From: Sphyrna mokarran | Taxonomy: Eukaryota | Length of the DNA: 64,000 nt | Assembly (NCBI GenBank): GCA_024679065.1 | Contig: JAGIQG010000003.1 | Coordinates: 84,630,001 to 84,694,000 of the forward strand | Reading direction: 5' to 3' | Part shown: positions 12,408 through 26,009 of the stretch, in pieces | How positions within the stretch are numbered: the stretch's first letter is position 1 | How the letters are laid out: each line of letters opens with the position of its first letter | The notes under the pieces: model-generated | What the model was told of the DNA's origin: nothing | Database searches by the model: none | The model's input: only the letters and a program-made list of their open reading frames with translations | Program-made: the position numbers and the translations under genes

Positions 12408-12605
12408 AAAGCAGAATCCTATGATGTTGGAAATTTGAAATGAAAATAGAAAATGCTAGAAAAACACAGAAGATCTGGTGGTATCAGTAGAAAGTGAAGC
12501 AGGGTTCACATTTTGGGTTGATGACCTGTCATCACCTGAATGGAACATTAACTCTGGTCTCAGTGCACCGATGTTGCCTGATCTACTGGGATATTTTCAG
12601 CAATG
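12408..12605. repeat. decayed fold-back repeat (second Penelope-terminus family)
   Basis: gaaaatgctagaaaaacacagaagatctgg.. versus ..cctgatctactgggatattttcagca in inverted orientation; same family at 44605-44705 and 62608-62860. Confidence 0.55.
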
Positions 12606-12829
12606 ATATTTCATATTGTAATTGCTTTGAAGCTGTTTGATGCAATGTAGGAGGAGATTTTACTCCACATCTAACCTGTAATGTACCTGACTTGTGACTG
12701 TATAAAAAAAAAAGTATCGCTGTGCTATTTCATTATATGTAATCTATGTTGTACTAACTTGGGAATATTTGGAACAATTTTGAGAAAGCTCAACTCTTGT
12801 TCCTACGTTCTTAGGTGCAGATTAGAAAA

Positions 12830-13570
12830 AGAGGACGTCATTCAATTCTTTGAACTTGTCCCACCATTCAGTCAGACCAGGAGTTGAACTCCTTCTATGT
12901 CTGAACTCCATCCGCCTTGTTTTGGTTCCCTCATCTTTAATATGGTTGCCCAACAAAAATCTATCAATCTTGGCTTTGAAATTTTCAATTGATTCCAGCT
13001 ACCTCAGCATTTTGGGAGAGAGAATTACGTCTTGTGAAGAAGTGCTTCCTGACATCACTTTTAAATGGCAACTCTTTTAATTTCAAGGTTGTTTCTCCTT
13101 GCTCTAGTTCCTGTCACTGGAGGTCATGGTTTCTCGTTTATCATCTCTAATCAACACCTGCATTAAACCAACTTTACCTTTTATATCTATGTAAAATGTA
13201 TTCTTAATTTAATCTTTTTAGTCCTGTTATCATTCTGGTAAATCTGCTGTGCTGCTTCCATGGACAATACACCCTTCCCAAGTACAATGCCTAGAACAGA
13301 ACTCAGTACTCCAAAGTGGAACTTTTGTATAATTTTGCCATTTTATATCCAGTCTCTTGAGATAAAGGTCAATATTCCATTAGCTGTTCTTTTTGTATCT
13401 GAACACTAGCCTTTAGTGATTGATTTCTGTACTCCAACCCCTTTTTATTTATAGTTCCCAACTTTGTGTCATTTGGAAAGCACACTAATCTATCTATCTT
13501 GGGTCTAGTGAATGACTTTGCACTTCCCCACATTGAACCTCCACATTTTTCCTGCCCTTCACACACCACA
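12830..13570 (-). mobile_element. old CR1 3' fragment
   Basis: CR1 tail (ttgaacttgtcccaccattcag..), cagaactcagtactcca, cttccccacattgaacctcca. Confidence 0.6.
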
Positions 13571-14394
13571 CCTAGTTGTGCTTGATGAAGAATTTTGAAT
13601 TTCTAATAATTGCATGCCTCATTTTGACAGGTGCATTAAAGCACTGAAAATTCTAAGAGCTCTCCATTGGCTAAACTCAAAGCCAGAGAAACTTGCATTT
13701 CTTTAGTGTCTTCCACAGTTTTAGAAAATCATAAAGCAACTAGCAGCCAAAATATTTAACTCACCATATGTTTCCAGTTAGAACCAATGTCTCCAAATAT
13801 CAGTGACTGCAAACTAGATTATGGATCTGGAATACGATCCAAAGAAAATGAGCTAATTTGAGGTTAATTGACATCTTTAAAAAGAATCTGGGCAATCACC
13901 CAGGATTTGGCAAAATTGGTGGCCCAGATGTTGCAGTCAACAGTAAAGCAGAAGTGTTCACTGTTGACTGCATTTAAAACTAAGCATTTACTTTTTGCAT
14001 AGGTTGCAGCAATAACTTGCACTCCTAGCTGCATTGTGGACCCAACGGTGAGGTTAGTAGGGTGGCTATGTGACATGGCACAGTTCCAATGAAGATGCCC
14101 CATTTGAGGTCTGCTTTCAGCTCAGTGATGGTGTTTGGAATGGTTTGAAATGTTTTCTTCAATGCATTTTTAATTTTAATGCTTGCCCCCAGCTTTTGCT
14201 ATTCTTTTCCATGCTTTTCCCTCAGCTCCTTACACCTACCTCTGTGTGTGTGTGTTGGGATGGGGGGGTGGTGGAACTATGATTGTGAATGCAGTACAGA
14301 TAGCTTTTAAAATATTGACCCAATTTCACCAAATTCTCTCATTTTTATTGATTGTATAATTTGAGACAATTGCCAAGAAATTTCTGTAGAGGAA

Positions 14395-14728
14395 ACATTG
14401 TGGTAATGTCACTGGTATTGTTATCTAGAAGCCCAGACTAGTTCTCTGTGGTAACAGGTTCAAATCCCACCTCAACAGTTGGCAGAATTTAAATTCAATT
14501 AATAAATCTGGAATATGAAACTAGTCTTGGTAATGGCGACTACTAAATGATTGTCGATTTGTTGTAAAAATCCATTTGGTTCACTAATGCCCTTTAGGGA
14601 ACGATATTTGTCTTCCATACTGTCTGGCCTATGTGTGACTCCAGACCCACAGCAATGTGATTGACTCTTAACTACCTCTGAAATGGCTGAGCAAGCCACT
14701 CAGTTCGTGGGCAGTTAGGAATGGGTGA
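14395..14728 (+). mobile_element. tRNA-derived SINE (second family)
   Basis: B-box-like ggttcaaatccc, then gaatttaaattcaattaataaatctgg; copies at 59812-60085 (+), ~30650-30960 (-) and ~54860-55110 (-). Confidence 0.65.
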
Positions 14729-14729
14729 A

Positions 14730-16716
14730 CTAAATAAGAATAAGGAACCTTGATTCTCGAGGGAGATTGTAACACTGATTAAGAGGAAGAGTTGTATGTA
14801 ATGTGCATGCAGCAAGGAACAGATCAAATGCTCAGAGTATAAAAAGTGCAAGAAGCTACTTAAGAGGGAAATCAGGAAGGCTAAAAGAAGACATGACATT
14901 ACTTTGGGAGACAGAGTGAAGGAAAATTCAAAGAGCTTTTTAGGTATGTAAGGAGCAAAAGGATAGTGAGGGATAAAATTGGTCCTCTTGAAGACCAGAA
15001 TGGTAGACTGTGTACGGAACCAAAAGAGATGGGGGAGATACTATATGGGTTTTTTTGCATCCATATTTACTGAGGAAACAGACATGGAGTCTACGGAAAT
15101 GGGGCAAACAGATAGGGAGATCATGGAATATCACAGGGGAGGAGGTGCTGGCTGTCTTGAGACAAATCAGGGTGGATAAATCCCCGGGACCAGACATGGT
15201 ATTCCCACAGACCTTGAGAGAGCTAGTGTTGAACTTGCAGGGGTCCTGGCAGACATATTTAAAATGTCAGTATTCACGGGGGAGATGCCAGATGATTGGA
15301 GGCTGGCTCATGTTCCATTGTTTAAAAAAGATTTCAAAAGGAATCTGGGAAATTATAGGCCAGTAAGTTTGACATTGGTGGTGGGCAAGTTATTGGAAGG
15401 TATGGTAAGGGATAGGATCTACAAATATTTGGTTAGACTGACTTGTTAGGGAGAGTCAGCATGGCTTTATGCATGGTAGATCATGTTTGACCAATCTATT
15501 GGAGTTTTTCGAGGAGGTCACCAGTAAAGTGGATGAAGGGAAGGCGGTGGATGTTGTCTACCTGGATTTCAGCAAGGCCTGTGACAAGGTCCCTCATGGG
15601 AAGTTAGTTAGGAAGGTTCAGTCGCTAGGTATAGTTGGGGAGGTTGTAAATTGGATTAGACACTGGCTCAATGGAAGAAGCCAGAAAGGCTATGGAGGAT
15701 TGGAGTGGAGGCCTGTGACTAGTGGAGTGCTGCAGGGATCGGTGTTGGGTCCATTGTTGTTTGTCATCTATATTAATGATCTGGGTGATAATGTGATAAA
15801 TTGGATCAGCAGATTTGCTGATGATACAAAAAATTGGAGGTGTCGTGGACAGTGGGGGAAGGTTTTCAAAGCTTGCAGAGAGTCTTGCCCCGACTAGAAA
15901 AATGGGTTGGGAAATGGCAAATGGAATTTAACGCAGACAAGTGTGAGCTATTGCGCTTTGGAAGGACAAACCAAAGTAGAACGTACAGGGTAAATAGTAG
16001 GACTGAAGAGTGCAGTTGAACAGAGGGATCAGGGAATACAGGAACAGAATTTCCTAAAAGTGACATTGCAGGTCGTAAAGCGTGCTTTTGGTACAATGGC
16101 CTTTATAAATTGGAGTACTGAGTATAAAAGTTGGAGTATTATGGTAAGGTTATATAAGGCATTGGTGACGTTGAATTTACAGTACTGTATACAGTTTTGG
16201 TCACATAGTTACAGGAAGGATGTAAATGAGGTTGAAAGAGAGCAGAGAAGGTTCACAAGGATGTTGCTGGGACTTGAGAAGCTGAGTTACAGAGAGAGAT
16301 TGAATTGGTTAAAACTTTATTCTCTGGAGCAAAGAAGAATGAGGGGAGATTTGATAGAGTGTATAAGATTTTGATGGGTATAGATAGAGTGAATGCATGC
16401 AGGCTTTTGCCACTGAGGCTAGGGGAGAAAAACCAGAGGGCCTGAGTTAAGGGTGAAAGGAGAAAATTTAAAGAGAAATATGGGGGGGGGGGCGGTTCTT
16501 CACGCAGAGAGTGGTGGGAGTGTGGAATGAGCTGCTGAATAAAGTAGTAAATGCAGGGTCACTTATAACGTTTAAGAAAAACTTGGATGGGTTCGTGGAT
16601 GAGAGGGGTGTGGAGGGATATGGTCCAAGTGCTAGTCAGTGGGACTAGGCAAAAAAATGATTCGGCACAGACAAGGGCCAAAAGCCTGTTTCTGACCTGT
16701 AATTTTCTATGGTTCT
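14730..16716 (+). mobile_element. CR1 LINE (~2 kb, frameshifted RT)
   Basis: [52 protein letters not shown]; tail ttctatggttcta. Confidence 0.92.
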
Positions 16717-17342
16717 AACATGCAAACCATACATCCTGTTAAAGAAGAAAGGTGCATAAATGTAATCGTGCTGCCCAGGATAATTAGCAAAATGCGATTT
16801 TATCCCTATCCAAATGGAAGAATTACAAGAGTTCAAATAATATTGCTAACTTTTTTGCAACTGGTAATTAGGTGCTTTCCCAGCATTCACAATTGGAGCA
16901 TCAAAAGTAGAGAGACATTATGACGTAAAATTAATGAATGAACAGCACGTTATACGGTTGGGTTTGTTAAATATATTGAACAAAGTTGATACGTTTTCTA
17001 TTCTCACTACAATGTTTTTTTTCTATTTTTGTTAATATCATGCTTTGTATTTATTTAACGGTAAGAATTTTGTTAGAGGATGTAATGGTGCTAAAATACA
17101 TTGGACAAGACTTCCAAATAATTGCAGTTGGACGTAGTTTCTGAAAATCCAATGTAAATAATTTAGGAGAGAATGAAGCAGGAGAGCTTTGTCACTGCTG
17201 ACGATTTAAAGAGCTATGCTCCTGAGCAAGCACTAAGTACTGGATTGATCGACCCAAGCTTCCTCACTGACGGCTTCCCTGGAGCCTATTCATGTGAATT
17301 GCCAGATTTGAGGTTGAGTGGGTTATGGGATGATTGTGGTTT

Positions 17343-17626
17343 CATAGAATCCCTACAGTGCAGAAAGAAGCTGTTTGTCCCATTGAGTCTGCACTGACTC
17401 TCTAACAGAGTATTTTACCCAGGCCCACCATCCTGCCCTATTTCCATAACCACACACTTTTATTTTGACTAATCCACCTAACTTGCGCATCTTTGGACTG
17501 TGGAAGGAAAATTGCAGGCATAGGAAAAATGGGCAGACTCCACATAGAATGTCACCCAAAGCCTGAAATGAACCCAGGTTTCTGGCACTAAGGCAGCAGT
17601 GCTAACCACTGAGTCAATTTGCCACC
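17343..17626 (-). mobile_element. HE1/V-SINE
   Basis: catagaatccctacagtgcag tail; reverse V-domain; head ggcagcagtgctaaccactgag. Confidence 0.8.
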
Positions 17627-17912
17627 CTTGATACCTCTCAAAGGGAACATTAGATCTGAACCAATAGATCATTTTGATTCACATGGGAATTAAGAATTCA
17701 AGCTCTTTTGATCATGCATAGGGAATAGTTTTGATGTTTGGGATAATCGTGGATAATGTGTGGAAATAGCAAGCATGATGGACTGAAAGTTCTTTTCTCA
17801 TTCCAAGTTCCTTATGTTCTAGGATTTGGACTTGAATCAATGCATTTATAAATAAATTCTGTTGAACCTCCTCAATCCCACCAACACAGTATCTTGTGTG
17901 TTTTTATTTCAG

Positions 17913-18018
17913 GAGAACATTTGGAGAAGATTATTCCTCTGGTTGTGAAATACTGCAATGTAGATGATGATGAGCTGCGAGAGTACTGCTTCCAGGCATT
18001 TGAGTCCTTTGTGAGAAG
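17913..18018 (+). CDS. CAND2: CAND exon 6, 106 nt
   Basis: tttcag|GA GAA ... AGA AG|gtgtgt; EHLEKIIPLVVKYCNVDDDELREYCFQAFESFVR. Confidence 0.95.
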
Positions 18019-18769
18019 GTGTGTTATTGTGATGTTCCCTCCCTCCTTTCTCCACTCTACTTGATTGAAACTCTTGGCTCAGTCAAGTGATCTGTTCGTG
18101 AACCAATCTTACTCTGTAACTATGCACCTCAAAGAGATCTTGTATTTTGCTCTCCAACAACTTCTTACTTTTCTCATTCCGCCTCTTCTCCCCTCTTGTT
18201 CCAAATCTATTTGAATAGACAGATGTGTCCTGCAGCAAACATATTGTGCTGCCAAACTGAATAATGGATTTAGCTAGAGTCCAGACTGCAAACGTCTCCT
18301 CCTGCAAGCACCATGCCCTAACAGAGCATTTGCAATCAAGGAGTTCCATTGGATTGGTCCATGATTCTGCTTGAAAATACTTTCATGTTGCCTTGTGTAG
18401 TATGGCAGATCAAGAAACTCTCCTGCCATCTGTCATCAGGCATATTGGAAGGATTTACAGAATGATAATCAATCTGTTTCACCACATTATGAGCACTCTT
18501 TCTGAGGCCATCAAGTTCTGAGTGAGACTTTCACACAAGCTTCTAGCCTAGAGGTAGGGACACGACCACTACATCACACGACTGCCTGCCTCTACTGGCA
18601 CAGTATCGCAAAATAAGTGGGAAGAGGTGGGGGTGGGGGGGGGGGGGGGTGGTTTGTGATAGCTTGCTGACTGGTACAAGGTTTTTACTGAATTAACATT
18701 GGAACCTTCACGATCTAGCAAGTTCGTGTAATATTGGAACTGACACTTGTGTGTTGCATCATTTCCATT

Positions 18770-21700
18770 TAGAATATAGAAAAACTACAGCACAAACAGG
18801 CCCTTCAGCCTACAAGTTGCACTGGTCATATCTCTATCTACTAGGCTTGCCTATAATCCTCAATCCCACTAAGTCCCATATACTAATCCAGAAGTCTCTC
18901 AAAAGATTCTATTGAATCTGCCTCCACTACCACCGCTGGCAGCCGATTCCACGCACCCATCACCCTCTGAGTGAAAAACTTATCCCCGACGTTTCCTCTG
19001 TACCTACTCCCCAGCACCCTAAACCTGTATCCTCTTGTGGCAGCCATTTCAGGCCTGGGAAAAAGCCTCTGAGAATCCACCCGATCAATACCTCTCAACA
19101 TGTTATACACCTTTATAGGTTACCTTTCATCCTTCATCTCTCCAAGGAGAAAAGACCGAGCTCTCTCAAACTATCCTCATAAGGCATGCCACCCAATCTA
19201 GGTAACATCCTTGTAAATCTTCTCTGCGCCCTTTCAATGGCTTCCACATCCTGTAATGAGGTGACCAGAACTGAGCACAGTACTCCAAGTGGGGTCTGAC
19301 CAGGGTCTTATACAACTGCAGCATTATCTCCTGACTCCTAATCTCAGTTCCTTGCTTGATGAAGGCCAGTACACCATACGCCTTCTTAACCACATCCTCT
19401 ATCCGCGAAGCTATGAACCCAGACCCCAAGACCTTTCTGATCTTCCACACTGCTAAGAGTCTTACCCTTAATATTACATTCCTTCATCCCATTTGACCTG
19501 TCAAAATGAACCACCACACACTTATCAGGTTAAAGCCCATTGCCACTTCTCCGTCCAGTCTTGCATCCTATCTATCTCACGCTGCAACTTCTGACAGCCC
19601 TCTAAACTATCCATAACACCTCCAACCTTGGTGTCATCGGCAAACTTACCAACCTATCCCTCCTTCCTCATCTGGGTCATTTATAAAAATCACGAACAGC
19701 AAGGGTCCCAGAACAGATCCCTGGGGCATTCCACTGGTGACCGATCTCTATGCAGAAAAGGATCCATCTACAAGAGAGATCTGGATAGATTGAGTGGGCG
19801 AGGACCTGGCAGATGGAGTATAATGTTAGCAAGTTGAGGTTCCACTTTGGTAGAAATAATAGTAGGAGGGATTATTATTTAAAAGACAAAAAGCTGCAGC
19901 CTGCTACAGTGCAAAGGGACCTGGGGGTCCTTGTGCACAAATCGCAAAAACACAAACACAATCTGCAGGTGCAGCAGGTGATCAAGAAGGTGAATGAAAT
20001 GTTGGCCTTTACAGCAAGGGGGATAAAATATAAAAGTAGGGAGCAACTGTACAGGGTGCTGGTGAGGCCGCAGCTAGAGTACTGTGTGCAGTTTTGGTTG
20101 CTGCATTTGCAAAAGGATATATTGACCTTGGAGGGAATGCAGAGAAGGTTCACTAGGCTGATATCACAGATGAGGGTGTTAGCTTATGGGGAGAGAGTGA
20201 GTAGACTAGGTTTGTACTCGTTGGAGTTTAGAAGGCTGATCTTATAGAGACATGTAAGATAATGAAGGGGACGGATAGGGTAGAAGTAGAGAGATACTTC
20301 CCTCTTAGGATAGCAGAACTAGAGGGCATAGCCTCAAAATAAGGGGGGGTGGTTTAGGTCGGAGTTGAGGAGGAACTTCTTCAAAGGGTGGTAAATCTTT
20401 GGAATTCTCTGTCCGTTGAAGTGATGGAGGCTACCTCGCTGAATATATTTAAGTCACAGTTAGGTTTCTGATAACCCTTAATTCCCCTGGCTATGGGGAG
20501 AAAGCGGGAAAGTGGAACTGATCCACTTCAGATCAGCTATGATCTTATTGAATGGTGGGACAGGCTCAAGGGACTAGCTGGCCTACTCCTCCTATTTCTT
20601 ATGTTCAACCACTCTCTGCCTTCTGAATCCACAAAGCAATGTCCCCTTGGATCCCATGCCCCCTCACTTTCTCAATAAGCCTTGCATAAGGGACCTTATC
20701 GAACACCTTGCTGAAGTCCATATAAACCACATCTACTGCTCTTCCTTCGTCAATGTGTTTAGTCACATCTTCAAAAAAACTCAACCAGGCTCGTAAGGCA
20801 TGATTTGCTTTTGACAAAGCTGTGCTGACTACTTTTGATTGTATTATACTTCTCTAAATGTTCATAAATCCTGTCTCTCAGGACCTTCTTCAATTCAGCA
20901 ACCACTGAGATTAGACTCACCGGTTGATAATTTCCTGGACACTCTCTACTCCCTTTGTTGAATATAGAAACCTCTTCTGTCTCCATCGATAATGTAAAGA
21001 TCATCACCAGAGGCTCTACGATCTCTCCCCTCGCTTCTTGCAGTAACCTGGGGTACATCCTATTCAATTCTGGCAACTTATTTATCTTGATGCTGTTCAA
21101 AAGCTCCAACACATCCTCTTTCTTAATGTCCACAAAATGGAGCTTTTCAGTCTGCTGCAAGCCTACACTACAACTACCAAGATCCTTTTCCACTGTGAAT
21201 TCTGAAGTAAAGTATTCATTGAGCACTTCTGTTATTTCTACTGGTTGTATACAAACTTTCCCGTCGTCACATTTTATAGGTCCTATTCCTTCACATCTCA
21301 TCCTTTTGTTTTTCACATAGTTGTAGAAAACCTTAGATTTTTCCTTAATCGTACCTGCCAAGGTCGTCTCATGACCTTTTCTGGCTCTCCTAATTTCCTT
21401 CTTAAATTCCTTCTACAAGCTGTATATTCCTCTAGATCCCTGACATTACCTAGCTCCCTGAACCTTTTGTATGCTTTTCTTTTCGATTAGATTCATTATA
21501 ACTTTCATACACCATGGTTCCTGTAACCTACCAAAACTTCCCTGTCTTATCGGAAAGTTGTCGTGCAGAACTCCAAAAAAGCATTCCTTGAAAGTCTGCC
21601 ACCTTACTTCGGTACATTTCCCTGAGAAAACCTCCTAATTTTTGCCTCTAGTTTCCTGCCTGATGGCTTCATATTTCCCCTTACTCCAGATAAACACTTC

Positions 21701-22214
21701 CCTAGCTTGCCTGTTCCTATCTGTTTCCAATGTTAGCGTACAGGAGATAGAGTTATGATCACCATCCCCAAAATGCTTTCCCACTGAGAGATCTGACACC
21801 TGTCATTACCCAATACCAGATCAAGTACAGCTTGTTCTCTTGTAGGCTTTTCCACATACTGTGTCAGGAAACCTTCCTGAACACACCTAACAAACTCCTC
21901 CCCATCCAAACCCCTTATCCTAGGGATATCCCAATCGATATTTGGGAAATTAAAGTCTCCTGTCACAACAGCTCTGTTATTATTATATTTCTGCAGGATC
22001 TGTTTCCCTATCTGTTACTATTGGGCGGCCTATAGAAAACACCCGGTAAAGTTATTGACCCCTTCTTGTTCTGGATTTTAGCTTACAGAGACTCCGTAGA
22101 CAATCCCTCCATGGTATCCACCTTCTCTACAGCCATGACACTATCCCTGATCAACAGTGCCACTTCCCCACCTCTCTTGCCTCCTTCCCTGCTCTTCCTG
22201 AAGCATCTGAAACC
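18770..22214 (-). mobile_element. CR1 LINE with APE endonuclease and RT remnants, split by a nested CR1
   Basis: GDFNFPNIDW, LDLVLGN, PGNYQPVSL, VDVVYMDFSKVFDKVP, YKTLVRPHLEYCAQFW; interrupted at ~19770-20604. Confidence 0.9.
19770..20604 (+). mobile_element. CR1 3' fragment nested in opposite orientation
   Basis: QRDLGVLVH, LVRPQLEYCVQFW; tail ggcctactcctcctatttcttatgtt. Confidence 0.88.
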
Positions 22215-22333
22215 CAACTCCAATTTTCTTGAGCTTTTTCACAAGATGCTGCTTATTGGCAAAATTCTTCATTGTTATATGGGCTTTTGTGCCATTTTGG
22301 TTCCTTGTTTTCTCTCTGTCACTTGTAGCAAGC

Positions 22334-23529
22334 AAAGAACAAAGAACAAAACAGCACGAGAAACGATCCCACGCTGCCACCTTGATGTTCCCACTTCTAC
22401 CCATGATCCCTGTCTATGTTTATAGATCTATGGATTGAAACCAAATTTGAGACAATCAGCCGAAGAGCACATCTTTGGGATGTGGGAGGAAACCGGAGCA
22501 CCGGAGAAAACCCACGCAAGCACCGGGAGAATGCGCAAACTCCCACAGATACAGGCTCAAATCCATGTATCTGAACAGCATGGTGATAGTCGCTGAACTG
22601 TCGTGTTGCCCATCAAATGGTCCAGGTCAGGCGTACACTAACGACGTGAAGCACTAGGATACTTCCAAAAAAAAATCCAAGAGCAGCCCTCTCACAACCC
22701 ATCGCGTGTATGCCCCTTGTTAGACAACAAGGTGGACCAAAGCACCTGTAGGATAAAAAACAAATACATTAATATCATTGACTATTTACACACTTCCCAG
22801 GGATTCCCAAGGCTCATGATCCCTATTATAAATCAGTTTTCTATTCTCCATTCCCATTCTGTTCATGTGCCCATCTAAGTATCTCTTAAATAACTCCAGA
22901 GTGCCTGCCTCCACCACTTTACTTGGCAGTGCATTCCATACCCCCACCACCTTTTGTGTGAAAAAACTCCCTCTAGCATCCAAATTATACTTACCCCCCT
23001 CACCCTAAGCTCATGACCCCTCGTGCTATTTAAGTCCATCCTAGGAAAAAGCTTAACCTTGTTTACGCTATGTATACCCCTCATAATTTTGTACACCTCT
23101 ATTAGATCTCCTCTAAGTCTATGTCTTTCTAAGGAAAACAGCCCCAATTTGCCTAACCTCTGCTTGTAATTCAGACCTTCCATACCACCTCTGCACACTC
23201 TCCAGAGTCTCCATGTCCTTCTGGTAGTAAGGCGACCAGAACTGGGCGCAGTATTCCAAATGAGGTCTAACTAATGTTTTATACAACTGCAACATTAAAG
23301 GCCAGCTTTTGTACTCTATACCCGTTGCTATAAAGGCTAACATCCATATGCTTTCTTCACGACCTTCTCCACCTGCTCTTCCACCTTCAGAGACTTATGC
23401 ACCTGCAGCCCCAGGTCCCTCTGTGTTTCTGTACTCTTAATAGGTCTACCCTTTATCATATACCTACCCCCTACATTCTTTCTCCTGAAATGCATCACCT
23501 CGCATTTATCAGGATTGAATTCCATCTGC
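22334..23529 (-). mobile_element. CR1/V-SINE composite (copy 3)
   Basis: same RT end, UTR and SINE segment as 758-2558; flanked by acttgtagc / acttgagc (possible target-site duplication). Confidence 0.9.
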
Positions 23530-24632
23530 ACTTGAGCTTGTTTCACTATATCCCACTCTGTGCTGTCTTTCTTTTGCCAAGTTCCCAGGGTCATGACATT
23601 GCACAAACTAATTGCCACAGAAGACAGAAGCAATCACAGTTAATTGATAATAAGAGATTTTCTCTTCTATTTCCTTATGTAAAAGATAATGGGAAAGGAA
23701 TTTGTTTGCGTCATATGTAAGTTCCCCCGGGGTAGCTGTGCTGTGATCTGCTACCTGTGTGGCCCTTGCTGCTTTGTTTAGTGATTTCTTGTTGAAGAAT
23801 TTCTTGCAGGTAGTGGTGGGCCAGTCATAGTGAATGAACATATGGGTGTCCAGCGTATGTTAACCCATTTCTAGGGATTCTATGCTTTCTTTGTTAACTT
23901 GGTGAGTCAGTTATCCTGTTTGCACTAAGTACGCAATCTCTGTTCCACGCAACATCCTTGTCCATTCAACGACTCTGTATAGGTAGGAATTGTCATTTGT
24001 GCTATTTACCTCTGCGAGATTGGCATAACAGATATTTCTTGTTTTGAGGATGATGAGGCTTTAGAACAGGTTGAAGACAGATTCACTCATCTTGTCTGGT
24101 CTGAAGAAAGGCAGATATGAAGACAAACTTGGAAAAATTAAATATTTCTGTGATCAAGCAATGCAGACTATCAGTAAGGTAATGGAATTGTTTAAAGGAT
24201 GGAGCAGGGTAGAAATAAGCAGACAGTTCCTGAAAATTTGAGAGGTCAAGGACTGTAGATCATTGATACAACATTAAATGCAAGAAGTAGGGCAGGTGAA
24301 ACTACTTCACAGAGTAATTTTGAATTGCATGGAAAATGGGAAATAGCAGTTCCGTGTTTTTCATTCTCTTGATTTTCATTGGCACTCAGTGTCACCCCAG
24401 TTGGTTGTGAGATTGTGGAAGGGTTAATGAAAGGGGCAGTAATTATGTTGGGGTTCAAGATTTATTTGGTAGGTCATTGTAGGGTTACGGGAACAAAATG
24501 TGTAAATATGATTAGATCTGTTTGTTCAAGTGGAAGGTTAACTACTGATGAATAGTAGTTGGGTTGATTCGAACCATTCCGTATTCTCACTTCTACTTGG
24601 TGATATACTTGGGCAAATTTTAATAGTGAGAT

Positions 24633-24714
24633 ATCTCCCAACAGGTTAAAGTCCAACCATCTTATTTGATAGTAAACCCACAAGCTTTCAGGAACGCTGT
24701 TCTTTCGTCAGGTA
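24633..24714 (-). mobile_element. Penelope terminus fragment with hammerhead motif (24679-24714)
   Basis: minus strand CCTGACGA-A-AGAAC(agc)GTTCC-T-GAAA-GC-TT-GTG, followed by ..ttggactttaacctgtt. Confidence 0.7.
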
Positions 24715-25150
24715 TTTTAGTAGCCAGCCGCTGCCTCAACTGAATCAAAGACCAGGAATTAAATATGGAATCTTCATGCTCTATATCAATCACCCGTTGA
24801 GGAGTGTTCAGTTACTGAGATATTCAGAATGGAGCTTGTGGTCTTCTATTTTTAGCTTGGCCATCAGTGCCATTTTGTTTCATTTATCTTGTCTCAGTAT
24901 TGAGCCATTAAAAGCCGCTGTCCTGTATTCTGCAATCCTGATTATCTAATGACCTTTTAACTCCCAGTAGATTCAGATTTGAGGTGTTACTGGCTTTGAA
25001 CAATAAGCCATCCTGGTGTGGACAGAAAGCATTAGTTTGTTACTGAGGAGCTTGGTCAAACAATTAAACCCAAAACCACCAACTGCTACGTAAGTCTTAC
25101 TGTTTGTCCATGGCCAAACATAACTTATTGTTTTTGTGCTTATTCTTAAG

Positions 25151-25299
25151 GTGTCCAAAGGAGATGTCCCTTCACATCCCTGCTATGATTGGACTGTGCC
25201 TCAAATATATCACATATGATCCCAATTACAACTATGACCAGGATGAGGATGATGAGGATGCCATGGAAACAGACAAGGGTGATGAAGAAGAGGATCAAG
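25151..25299 (+). CDS. CAND2: CAND exon 7, 149 nt
   Basis: cttaag|G TGT ... CAA G|gtcagt; [49 protein letters not shown]. Confidence 0.95.
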
Positions 25300-26009
25300 G
25301 TCAGTGCTTCAAAATGTTAAATGTGATCTTAACGGCTTGTAGAGGGAAATGTGATGTAGATGACATTGGGCTGGATCACTGTCACTAATAGGAAAACAAG
25401 GGTGGAAAATTCTATTATGTGTCCTTACTACCTGCAAGATATCAATGGTATCAGCTTCACTAGAGGTTTACCTAGCAAATGGCTAACTAGGAAGGCCCTG
25501 TATTTGATGATTAGTCCAAATTGATGTTGGTTAATCTCACTATGATTGACCTAGCCAGGGTTAACAATCTTGGCAGCTAGTTGAAAGTAGTCTGTGTGGA
25601 AACCAGATGAAGACAGAATCGAGATTTGCTATGATGTGCCCCCATTCTCCAGTTTATACCTGAATAAATTACACTTTGAAGTATCCAAAATTAATTGTGC
25701 CTGTGATACTAAATCCCGGGAAGGAATCAACACTTTTTGGGGAGCATTAAAGCAGAGATAACCTTTCAGCTCCTCAAATCTATTCCACCATTCTTGGCAT
25801 ATTTGTACTTCAACCCCATTTACTTGCCTTTAGCCAGATCAGCTGACCAAACAAAATTCTGGCCAGCTGAGTCTTGAAGTTCAGTTGGCTGAGTGAGTTA
25901 CGCATCACCCTTGGTTTGAAAAAGTGTTTCCTGTTTATATTTATGTTCCTCAATGGTGCAGCTCTAATTCCCCCTTGTTCTGTATTCCTCTTAAAGAAAA
26001 GGGGGAAAT

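Noticed and set aside
18625-18652. G-run with G-quadruplex potential (also 16482-16492 and 48488-48499)
   Set aside because: Simple homopolymer expansions with no supporting context.
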